DNA of 64,000 nucleotides, taken from assembly GCA_035084275.1 (NCBI GenBank), contig CM068762.1, forward strand, positions 11,718,001-11,782,000, written 5' to 3'. How positions within the stretch are numbered: the first letter of the stretch is position 1; each line of letters begins with the position of its first letter. A program made the translations under genes and the position numbers. Of the stretch, positions 23,566-35,131 are shown in pieces. The notes below the pieces were generated by a model that saw only the letters and a program-made list of their open reading frames with translations, did not search any database and was not told where the DNA came from. This stretch comes from Hydrolagus colliei. Its lineage: Eukaryota.

Positions 23566-25081
23566 GCTTGAAATCTCCTTGTTCCAACTTCCTCAATTGT
23601 AAGCCTTTCTTTACACGTTTAGGCCTGCGCCTGAAGGTCTCGTGTATAGATTTATAATAGATTTTTAACAGCTCAAAGCCTCAGAAGGTTTGTTCCTCTT
23701 TAATCGTCTTCAGGAAACAACGCAATGCCAAACGGCCCCTGCAGCCTTCGATGCCTCCGTGACTTACAGAACTCTCACAGAGTGGAGAGAACTAGGAACC
23801 ACCTGTGACGAACGTTCATTCTAAAGTGGAGGAGGAGGAGGAGGAGGGATGGAAAGTGGCTCAAGTCAGGCAACCTTTGTCAAGCCGTTGAAACCAACAA
23901 CCACGAACGATTGAAAATGGGGAACAGAAACAGACCGAGTCAAGTCATTACAGTAATAAAAACAAAAGCCAAGTGATCTTTATTTTCGAGCAAAGGACAG
24001 GCGGGAAGCGTAAATGTCCGAGTGGAAAGAAAGTCTCGAGTGCAAAGAGATAGTGAAAGCTTGAAATTTCTCTCAAACGCCATTCCCTTAAAAACACCAG
24101 GTGGGGTTCAGGTATTTATTGGTGAAAAATTGATTTACTCGTGCGCAATTTTTGATTCGCTGGGAAGCTGTGGAATTCAGGAAACGAGCAACAAACTTGC
24201 ATTTACATGGTTCCTTTTAAGTAGCAAGAGACATCCTCTCGAAGTGAAAGGCGCTAGAAATGTAATTTTGTTGTTGCTGTTGTAGCAAGAGTTTGCCACT
24301 GCAATGTATTTGTGATTTGCTTTTTTTGCGAGTTTCGTGAACTGATCGTTGATGATTCGTGCTAATTTCAGGCACAAAACCACAAGTCAAGTGTTTCAAG
24401 CAAAGGGACAGTGCATAATGAATGTATTTCCCTGCTGCATATATAAGCTTATTCTTTGCAAGAACCATTGTGTGGGAGGCTGCAGAATCATGAGAATCTT
24501 ACACGACAGAAGGAAACCATTTGGCCCATCATGCCTGTGCTGGTTCTTTGAAAGAGCTTCCAACTAGCTCCACTCCTTGCCATCTGCTCTTAATAATAAT
24601 AATAATCCTTGCATTTGATATAGCGCTTTTCACATCTTATTGATGTCTCAAAGCGCTTCACAGAATATATTGTAAAGTGAATTGACTGTATATTTGTGGG
24701 AAAAACACAGCAGTGTCCCACAAACAGTCGCGGATTGAAATGACCAATTTTTACTATTGTGGGTTTATTTTGGACGGATTATTATTGGAAGTGTGGAGCT
24801 TAACCCATAGCTCTGCACATTTCTCCTTTTTTAATTACCTGTCCAATTCTCTTTTGAAACCTATTATCGAATCTGCCTCCACCACCCTTTCAGACAGTTC
24901 ATTCCAGACCACAACAACTCTCTTGGTTCCATTCCTCTCGTCTCCCCCCTCGTCTTTAGAAATTGTCATTAAAAGCTCATTACTGCTGCTGCTTGAGAAA
25001 TCCTTACAAGGCGATGGATTTTCCTGGCTGAAGTTCATTCCCACACGTTGAAAGGAGATCTTGCAAGTGAAACGCCTTATT

Positions 25082-28000
25082 TCAGACGACTGTAGAATAT
25101 ATGACAGACTCTGAGTTGTTTTGGAGTGTGCTGGCAGCTGGCTTTCTGGCTGATTGGCTGCCTCCTCCTGCGTTGACCCCCTGAACATTAGCATATATAT
25201 CGTTCACCTCAGCCGCCGGGGCAACCTGCACGAGGGAATAGATCACTTCTCCTCCAGGTGTGGAACCCTAAAAAAAGTGAAACTCTGTCAGTACAGCAGC
25301 AAAGGCAACATCAGAAGTTACCAATAGGAAACCTTCACAACTTCCTTCTTCCTGCGTAACGTACTCAACTACTAACTTGGCTTCCAGCCCACAGTTTTCT
25401 CTTAAGACATTCTATTGTTGAGCTACAGATCTAGCCATGATCTAATATAATAATAGAAATAATAATATTCCTTGCATTTGATATAGGGCGAGTTTCCTTA
25501 CTCCACGTGACTAATAAAAATCCCTCAAACAAAATAATAAATTGTTCATTTCAATCCTCGATTGTTTGTGTGGGGACGCTGCTGTGCGCAATCGGCTGCC
25601 ACGTTTCACCCACATACTGTGCATACTGTATATGACTTTACAGTATATTACGTAAAGCGCTTTATGTGAAAAGCGCTATATCAAATGCAAGGATTATTAT
25701 TATTATTAGTGGTGTCCTTGAGGTTTACATGATAAAAAAAACCCACAACAACAACAAGTTAAACTTATAAAGCGCCTTTCACGTCGGGAGGACGTCACAC
25801 ATAAGAGCACATTTGTTGGCGTCTCATGGTGCTTGCTTCTTACCGTTCTGTTCCCCGCTTGATTTTCTAAAGGAATCTTCTCTTTCCCATTTGTACCTTT
25901 TTTAAAAAAACACATATAAAAAAGCACATTTCAGAAGAGACACTTATTGAATTTGAACTTGTTTCCTTATCTAACTTTCGTCTCGTCTTTATACCACACT
26001 TTACGCGTGAAATAAGGGGAGGGGGGGATAGGGGGTTTCTGTTAGTTCATATCAACATTTAATAGTTTGTCAAATCTGATGGAATGTAACTGATAAATTA
26101 AGATGTTACAACACAGACTGAAGTACTCTTGCAACAGGAACAGAGCTGTGTGTTGCACTGTTATTTAAAGTGATTTTAATACAGTAATAATAATAATCCT
26201 GGATTTGAACACAGGTCTCGCACTTGTAAGGCGAGTGCTCTAACCACTGAGCTACAGGAGCTCCACATGAACTGTCTCTGGTTGGCTTACTTTGCGATTG
26301 GAGAGAGAGGAGGAACGCATTCACTGGAGGCAGCTTGATTTGAGTTGGGGTTTACAGTAGACGTTTGGCTTCTATTCTCCAGTTTCCAGCCATGAGTCCC
26401 TAACAGAGGTTCAATAAGTTTGCTGCACAATCAAGGAAATGTATAACGCATTTTGTCTCATGGCTGTGTCAGATCCCTTAGATAATAATAATAATGTGTG
26501 CCTTTGATATAGCACCCTATCACATCAATAAGAGTGCTTCTCATGAATATACTGTAAGCTGAATTGACTGTATAATTTTGTGGGGCGAAACACAGCATCA
26601 TAATAATAATATTTAGGCACACTATAAGATGTGGGCCTTTCCCTTTGGTTTTCTTGTGCCTGAAACTCACCAAACTTCTTGTGCAGCCCCGCCTTAATGC
26701 AAAGGACAACAGCAGCAACAAACAGAAGCAGGAAAACTCCTCCGAGCACGGGGAGCACAATATGCCAGATGAGATTCCTGGGAAAATACAAGTACAGCAT
26801 TTGACTGGATCTTTCTCAGGCGAAACGCGACAGCCGATCCAGCAGCGTCCCGCAGACAACCGTGGTTTGAGCGAACAAATAATTTATTTGATTACTATCA
26901 CAAATACTTCCTATTCAAGCCATGATTAAGGCTGGTAAGTTCATAAATTTTTTTTTAACATTTTTTGCTGTGTGCAATGCCGGACTGAATTTGTCTTAGA
27001 AATTGATTACAAAACTTTTCAAATTTTTGACATCAAACTGGGGTGGTGGGGAATGGTGGGGGCTGGGGTGGGGTTTTGGGAGGGGTGGGAAGAATAATGG
27101 TGAGGATTGTAAAAAAAATTACAGATAAATATAAGAAGAAAAATATAATAATCCTTGCATTTGATATTGGATATAAACAGGATTGTAGAATGGCTGGATG
27201 TGTGGTAGATGAAATTTAGCCTGAAGAAATAACCCTTTTGGTAGGAGAAGTAAATAAGAGAAGTAACTAACGGCATGCCCTGAAAGGAGCTAAGAAGACT
27301 AGAAGGGAAAACGGGAAGAAGGTTTCAGTCCAGGAAGCTCCAAAAGTAGTTGCGATAACAAAAGAAAGCAAATAAATAAGGATTTTTAAAAAATAAATAA
27401 AGAATAGAGTTAGTGCAGTACTTGGTTTATGGGCAGAGGAACCGAAAAATAAGGAATTATTTTATTGATGATGATAAATTTTTCTAAATCCTTAGTCTGA
27501 CCACATTTGGAGAACTGTGCTCAGTTCTGGTCAACATGCCTCCAGATAGGACATTATAGCAATGGAGGGAATGCAGCAGAGATACAGTAGGATATTACCA
27601 CAGTCTTACACGGGAGCCTCGGTATTGGAAACGGTAGAACTTGTAGCCGACCTGCGAGTTGTACTTGTCGGTATCTCGGTAGCTGTTGATGTCCTGGTAG
27701 TTGGACCCAATGTTGTTGATGTCCTGGTAGTTGGACCCAATGTTGTCTTTCCTGCTGGGCCTGGGGACCATTGAAGAAATGGACGGTATCAGCAGAGTCA
27801 ACAACAACAACAGCAACAAAATTACAATCATGGAGCGCCTTTCACGCAGGGAGGACGTCCCAAGTTGCTGAACAGTCAGGTCAGGAACTAACAAGGGAGA
27901 GGGGCAGGGTAGGGGGCAGGGGTGGGAGAGAGTTAGGAGGGGAGGGAGAGAGTTAGAAGGGCAGCAGAAGACACGGTCGAAGAGACTGGCCTTGAAGGAG

Positions 28001-31000
28001 GTGAGGGAGGGAGCGAGGCGAAGGGACTGTGGGATGGAGTTCCAGAGTGCGGGGGCAGAGAGACTGAATAAGAACATAAGAATAAGAAGCAGGAGTAGGC
28101 CATCCGGCCCTTTGAGCCTGCCCCACCATTCAATAAGATCATGGCTGATCTTCTAATCTAACTCCACCTGCCCCGCCTTCTCCCCATATCCCTTAATCCC
28201 TTTAGTAAGATTTTATACCAAAAATATCTGGTGTTTGTTACGGGGTAGAATTCCATACGGCTCCACATTTACAATAACAGTAACAGCCTTTCATCTCAGG
28301 AGGACGTCCCAAGGCGCTGGGGTTTGTGACTCCTGTAATGTAACATTTCAGAGAGTCCAGAGTTTGTCTTAGAGTCTTTCATTCTGTAAATTCTAGAGTA
28401 CTTATTGGGTAGAGTCTGTGATTGAATTAATTGTACCTTGTTCATCATACGAAATGCCTTGCTGTGCTTTACGTGAAGTGAACAGATCTGCGTTAGTTAT
28501 TGTAATTATGTCAATTAACCAGGGCTGTCGGAGAGGCACATAGTAAGTCATATCAAAATTAATTCATCAAGCTGTTTTTTAAAAAAATCTAGACATGAGA
28601 ATGGGAGAAAACGTCCTGTGTAATGTTCCTATTGTAAATGAATAACCCAAATGTGAGTTAAAGGCATTGGTCTCATTGCTTTACTAGTCAATTTCTCCCA
28701 GTATGTGTTCAATGTTACATTTCTTGGCTGAGCAAAGATGATAGGGTTAGGAATCATCTACAGAAATCTTGTACCAAGTTCGAAAGTCAGAGAATCTGAT
28801 TCTACAGCTACAGATTGCTCTTTAATAACCTGAGACAAACGGTGAAATTCCTTCAATGCTGAAAATGTGCAACAAAAACATAAGAACATCGATAGAGATA
28901 GACACTGCCTGACCTGCTGACTGTTCCCAGCCACTTGTCTTGTTTTTATATTTAATATCCTTTGTGTTGCAGTTGTCAACTGTCCCACACCTTGCCAACT
29001 GTTAGCAATAACCTGAGATCTACTCTCATTATCAAACTGCAATAAAAATGGCAATTACCACCGTACCTTCAGCAATCTGTAATTCGACTTCAAACTTTAA
29101 ATTGGAAAACGACTTCCTTATAACACACCAGTACACGCCTCCATCGTTCCTCGTTAGATGATCCATTGTTACTGAAAACATCCCTCGCAACTTATCATCA
29201 CTGATTGACAGTCTGTGTGTTGGAGGATCACCAGCAGTAATCAGAATAGAGCAACTGGAATAAACATCACCTTTACACCAGTATTTTACATTATTCCTGT
29301 AATCCTGAGTATAGCTACAGGTGACAGTGACTGAACTTCCCGATATTCCAGACACCTCGGACGGTCCTGTTAGCTGATATATACCTGTTGGGATATGAGG
29401 AGTGAGTGAGAATCAGTTTCTAAGTGTGAACAGGAACAGTGTCTGTATTTAATACCAAATTAATAATAATAACAACAACAACAACAACAACAATGTCGAT
29501 TGGCATATGTATAGTGCCCTTCACGTAATGGAGCGCTTAAATAATAATATTAGCCCCTTGTCATGTCTTCAATTGATCTGAAAGCGTGTCACAAAATTAA
29601 CTATAAAATCAATTGACTGTATATTTTGTGAGGGAAACGCAGCAGTGAATCGTGCACTGAACTGCACGGCTCCACTCTTCCTCTGTAAATGGGGCAGCGT
29701 CCTTCTTCCCAAAGTGCTGGACAGTCAGGGGCTTGCTACTCTCCTAACGTTACCTGTAGCTCCTCTCCAAATGTACCATTTCAGAGCGGACATAGTTTAT
29801 CAAACTCTGTAAATTCCCGATAGGTATTTGGGTAGAGTCTGTGATTGAGTAAATTCTACCATGTTCTTTAGAAGGAATGCCTTGCTGTGATTCATGTTGA
29901 GGGAACAAGTCTTGGTTAGTCAATGATCTCTGAATTAACCAGGGTTGATTGAGAAGCATGTACTGAACAAGATCAAAATCAATTCTTAACACTGCTTGGA
30001 AAACAAAAAAACCCCATGAAGACTGAAGAAATCTTGTGTAATGTTCCTATTGTAACATAATAAGATATACGTGAGTTAAAGGTGTTGGTCTCATGGATTT
30101 ACTGGTTAATTTCACTCAGTAATTGTTCAATGTTACATTTCTTGGATGAGCAAAGAGTTAAGGTTAGAAATCATTAAAAAATCATTAAAACTCCATGACT
30201 GTGTGTGGGACACTGCTGTGCACGATTGGTTGTTATGTTTCACCAAAAAATACACAGTCAATTGACTTTACATTATAATCTGTGACGCGCTTTGAGAAAT
30301 CTCAACTATGTGATAAAACATAGCAAAGCAAGGATTGTCATCATCTGCGGAAATCATGCAGTGAGTTTAAAAAAAACATACAATCAGATTCCATATCTAC
30401 AGATTGGCATGTTAATATCCCTAGCACTGTAGGTGTTAACTGTCTCGTATATGGCCAACTGTTGGAAATAACCTGAGATCTATTCTTATTATCAAACTGC
30501 AATAAAAATGGCAATTACCACCGTACCTTCAGCAATCTGTAATTTGACTTCAAACGTTAAATTGGATAGCAGAGTTGGTGTCTCTATAACACACCAGTAC
30601 ACGCCTCCATCGTTCCTCATCAGATGATCCATTGTTACTGAAAACATCCCTCGCTCCTTATCATCACTGATTGACAGTGTTTGTGTTGGAGAATCACCAG
30701 CAGTAATCAGAGTAGAGCAACTGTAATAATCATCAGCTTTACACCAGTATTTTACATAATCCCTGTAATACTGAGTATAGCTACAGGTGACAGTGACTGA
30801 ACTTCCCAAAGCTCCAGACACCTTGGACGGTCCTGTTAGCTCATGTGAACCTGCTGGGATATGAGGAGTGAGAGTCTGTTACCAAGTGTAGCCAGAAACA
30901 GTGTCTGTATTTCATACCAAACTAACAATAATAACAACAACATGAATTGGCATTTATTTAGTGCCCTTCATGTGGCGCAGAATGCTTCAATAGTAATCAT

Positions 31001-32883
31001 TCTTGCACTTGATATAGTGCCTTGTTGTGTTTTTGATACATCTGAAAGCCCATCACGGAATAAACAGTAAAACAAATTGACTATATTTATGGGGGAAATG
31101 CAGCAGCCAATTGTGCACAGCTGTCCCACAAACAGTCGTGGATTAAGTGACCAAATTACTGTTATTTAAAACAGTTTTTTGAAGAGATTATTACCCTACA
31201 AAAATGATTTGCCAATAGACGAACTTACTGGGTTCCTGCTAGGTAAACAGAGGTGTGTGTGGAATAAAGAAACTTGCCGAACATTTCACGCTGCCCAGGA
31301 ATCCAATCCAGATCCTCTCAACTTGTGAGACGAGTGTTCTAACCACAGGCCTCCCTTATCCTCTGTAAATGGGACAGAATCCTTCTTCCCAAAGCGCTGA
31401 ACAGTCAGGGGTTTGCTACTCTCTTAATGTATCATTTCAGAGCGTCCATAGTTTGTCAAACTCTTAGAATTTTCTTTCTGTAAGTTCTGTAAATTCTAGA
31501 GCCATTAGTCTGTGATTGAATACCTTGTTCTTCAGAAGGAATGCCTTGCTGTGGTTTATGTTGAGGGAACAAGTCTAAGTCTCGGTCAATTAATGATCTG
31601 TGAATTAACCAGGATTGACTGAGAGGCACGTACTGAACAATATTAAAATCAATTCATAATGATGTTTAAATAAAGGTATACAATAAGATGGAAGAAAGTC
31701 TGCTGTGAGGTGTTCTTATTGTAAGATAATAACGTATATGTGAGTTAAAGTAATAATCTGAGATCTACTCTCATTATCAAACTGGAACAAAAATGGCAAT
31801 TGCCGACTTACCTTCAGCAATCTGTAATTTGACTTCAAACTTTAAATTGTATCGCAGAAATGACTTCCTTATAACACACCAGTACACGCCTCCATCGTTC
31901 CTCGCCAGACGATCCATTGTTACTGAAAACATCCCTCGCTCCTTGTTATCACTGATTGACAGTCTTTGTTTTTGAGAATCATCAGTAGCAATCAGAATAG
32001 AGCAACTGGAATAATCATCACCTTTACACCAGTATTTTACATAATCCCTGTAATACTGAATATAGCTACAGGTGACAGTGACTGAACTTCCCGATATTCC
32101 AGACACCTCGGCCGGTCCTGTTAGCTGACATGAACCTGCTGGGATATGAGGAGTGAGAGTCGGTTACTAAATGTGACCAGGAACAGTGTCTGTATTTAAT
32201 ACCAAACTAATAGCAGTGACCCCACAGACAGTCGTGGATTGAGTGACCAGATTAATATTATACAAATCGTTTATTTGGAAGAGATTATTACACCTTTAAT
32301 GTGATCCCCTTGGTTTGTAATTACTACCAAGTAACCAGAGGCCTGTGGAGTAAGGAAACCTGCCCAGTGTTTCACCCTGCCCTGGAATCAAACCCAGGTC
32401 CTCTCGCTTGTGAGGCGAGTGTTCTAGCCACTGAGCTCCAGGCCTCCACTGTTGTGCTATAAAAATGAGGTGGCATCTTTTTCCCCTCAGAGCGATTAAA
32501 ACCAGCTTTAATCGTGTTCGTTTCACCGTGTCCTGTGTTTAGTTTTCATCAATTTCGTTTCAATGACATGGTCACTTTCAAGCCCCCAAACCCACACTGT
32601 GAGATATCTGATGTGGGAGGACATTCAGGGCAAGAAAAGATAAAACAGCAGAACAAGATACAGCCAGTGAATGTGTGGACAGTGAGACACTCACACTGAT
32701 TTACAGGACGGAGTATCTCATTCTATAAGTGACCAAACCAAAGCCACCCCAGGTTCTGTGTGAGCGCAGTTTGTGTGTCTGCAAACTCCTGCCTGACAAA
32801 ATCAAAGAGTCATTTTTAAAATGGGCCTTACCTGATACTGAAGTTAGAAGAAAGAGAGCGATTAAACCCATGTTCTGCGCCAT
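25082..32883 (-). CDS. Receptor B: CD300/pIgR-like inhibitory receptor with 3 IgV domains, mucin stalk, neutral TM and ITIM tail
   Basis: Leader 32832-32883 (MAQNMGLIALFLLTSVSG); Ig 31812-32135, 30527-30850, 29067-29384; stalk 27610-27760; TM 26671-26777 (NLIWHIVLPVLGGVFLLLFVAAVVLCIK); possible exon 26291-26323; exon 25844-25896 (phase 1-0); terminal exon 25082-25267 (VIYSLV, DIYANV, VIYSTV, TGA). Phases are consistent. Confidence 0.88.
26185..26264 (-). mobile_element. Internally deleted mini-SINE (tRNA head fused to the (ATT)n tail)
   Basis: GGAGCTCCTGTAGCTCAG...GTTCAAATCCAGG followed directly by ATTATTATTATTA. Confidence 0.75.
27400..27600 (+). mobile_element. Decayed CR1 RT fragment just downstream of the B stalk donor; paralogous copy at about 36300-36430
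   Basis: LV.PHLENCAQFWS...EGMQQRYSRILP resembles CR1 LVRPHLEYCVQFWSP...EGVQRRFTRMIP. Confidence 0.65.
27684..27745 (-). repeat. 30-nt coding duplication in the B stalk (TTLGPTTRTS x2); also at about 36510-36571 in C
   Basis: GTTGATGTCCTGGTAGTTGGACCCAATGTT repeated twice. Confidence 0.85.
27800..28250 (-). mobile_element. L2 3' fragment plus adjacent CR1 3' fragment; duplicated at about 36625-37060
   Basis: FSLSAPALWNSIPQSLR...SFKASLFDR plus (TTG)n tail; CR1-type 3' UTR at 28075-28250. Confidence 0.7.
29067..29384 (-). CDS. Receptor B IgV domain 3 exon (B3)
   Basis: Same IgV motif; phase 1-1, 318 nt. Confidence 0.9.
30527..30850 (-). CDS. Receptor B IgV domain 2 exon (B2)
   Basis: Same CD300/pIgR-type four-Cys IgV motif; phase 1-1, 324 nt. 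Confidence 0.9.
31812..32135 (-). CDS. Receptor B IgV domain 1 exon (B1)
   Basis: SVTVTCSY...VKYWCK...SC...RLSISDN...FSVTMDRLARNDGGVYWC; phase 1-1, 324 nt. Confidence 0.9.
32216..32447 (-). mobile_element. SINE, long subfamily, partial; duplicated at 40621-40866
   Basis: tRNA head with CTCACAA loop; shared by B and C, so it predates the duplication. Confidence 0.75.
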
Positions 32884-33315
32884 ATTCGAACCAGGAAATC
32901 AGCATCAACTGTGGAGCTTCTGAAATAGACTTGTAGCCCTTCCGCTATTTCACGTCACTTACTTGCTTTCACTCTTTTCTGCTGAACAGGAAACCGAGCA
33001 GTTGGTCAACACATACAGGAGATGCAATGAGTCAAACGTGTTTTTTGTCCACCCCTCAACAACAACAGCAATAACTTGCAACCAAGAAAGACATTCAGGC
33101 CGTTCTACACTTTGCTACCTCAGCTGGCCGGGCTGTTCTGGTGAGCTTTTGGTGTGGAAATAACCTACTGTGCGCATGTAAAATTTTCCTGAGAATCTAC
33201 CCCCATTTTTGGCCATGGCCTCTCTCTCCCAGCCTTGCCCGCCGCTCCGTGACCTGTGTCAGAGTCACGGTTACTGGAACACGTCTCCACATCCGATTCC
33301 GCTAATTGAGCAATC
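32884..33315 (-). promoter_or_regulatory. Putative promoter module of receptor B
   Basis: ACAGGAAAC 32986-32994 and ATTGAGCAAT 33305-33314; homologous to the upstream blocks of A and C. Confidence 0.5.
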
Positions 33316-34542
33316 CCGCTTGAAATCACTAGGTTACAACTTCCTTAAGCAGACGCTTTTTGCAAAATATTGACTTAAAACAGTAAAAGGGGGAACAAAA
33401 AGATTGTGGTTTTAGGGAGGGCGCCTGTGTAGCTGCACACAGAATCCGTTGAGCTTTCAGTGGTTGCTTTGTTTCCAAGAGAGTTTCAGTCAACAACAAT
33501 GCTTTCAGACGTCTTACCAAGGCAGCAGGGTGTGAGGGCTCAGGGCTGTGAAGGAGTTTGTTGGACAGTCATGAGGAGGAATATAGCGGTAACTGACAGC
33601 CGTGATGGGTTCTCTGACCGAGGGTAGGACATTTAAACTGATCCACTTGGTGTTGAAATGGGCAGTTGGTTGTTTGGATAGTCTGGCCGTCTCTCGACCA
33701 ATGGGCCAAAGGACATGCTTGATCCAGACATGTTTGTGATGTTACTGTGAGGATTCAGTGTTATGAGGTGACACAACGCAACGTAGACGAAGAATAGACT
33801 TTAACAGATTGGAATTCACCGTTAAGTGAGAAACGAGTTGATCCTTACTGTAACCATCTGAACATTTATTACATTTGGTGTGGAACATGTTTCCACTTAA
33901 ACACGTTTGATGGTGACATTTTACAATGTGAAATTCATTAGCATTATCTTCCATGGCGCCAGGGAAAAAATGTTAAAGATCTTCATTTTGCCGGAGTCTT
34001 GCAAAGGATTGTAGATTCCTGCAGGGAATTGTTTGGAGCACTCGCCTGATCAGTGAGGTGACCTGAGTTTGATTCAGGAGGAAACGTTAGGCTCAGTTCC
34101 CTCACTCCACACACCTCTGTTGACCTCTGTTTACAATCCTCTTTTTAAACAAAAATTGTTTTGACACTGCTGTACGCAATGAATTGGGTGCGGCGTTTCA
34201 CCCACAAAACATTCAGTTAATTCACTTTATAGTATAGCATATACATTGAAGCGCTAAAGCTCGTGATCAAAAGCTACAGGAAATGCAAGGACTCTTGTTT
34301 ATGATTATAAAATGTGATGAGTCGTGCAACTGCACAGGGAACAAGAATGGACATGATCTTCTGTAATGAAAGCGAGTGATGTCCTGGCCCATTGACACAT
34401 CAGCTGCTGACCCTGATCTGTGGCCTTCAGTCAGTGATGGTTCTGATCTGTGCAGCCTCGTGCGTCTCCGTGTCAGAAATCACCACGTCTGGGAAACTGA
34501 ACGGAAGTCTCACGTTAACAATGATCCATTTATGTAATGATG

Positions 34543-34584
<42 letters not shown>

Positions 34585-35131
34585 ACACACACGCACCCAC
34601 AAATGCACACGCACATGTACTGCTTTTACAATGCCCTCTCTTATGTAAACGGTTGTAAGGTTATCGGGGGTGTTGAGTTGCACTTAATTACATTGTGGAT
34701 TGGGTGGGCAGCAGTGCTGAGCATCAGTGGAACGAGAGTCATAGAGGATATTGTTGGTAGATATTTGTTAGGTCAGGGTATTTAGGTATACAGGGCAAGG
34801 CAGATAATTGGACTTGAGGTACAGATCAGCCACAATCGTGTGGAACAGAGGATCCGGCTCGAGGAGATGAATGAACGACTTCTGTTTCTATGTTGCTCAG
34901 AAAAGGGATGTGGGTTTCCAAGTACAAATGGGGATGTGAGCACTATCGCCACCTCGTGAAAACAAAGTCTTGGATTGTTCCCACACAGAAGTCTCTCACT
35001 CTTCCCGTCTTTGTGTCATTGAGATACTTGGGCTGCAAGTGAAGCCACAGAGGAGGCTGATCATTGTCTCGCTGCTATGTACAGAGTGTTGTTTCATTCA
35101 GGTGTATGTTTGGATGCTGTGACTTGTGACT

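Noticed and set aside
27684-27745. Direct repeats considered as a CRISPR-like array
   Set aside because: Eukaryotic coding tandem duplication with no spacers.
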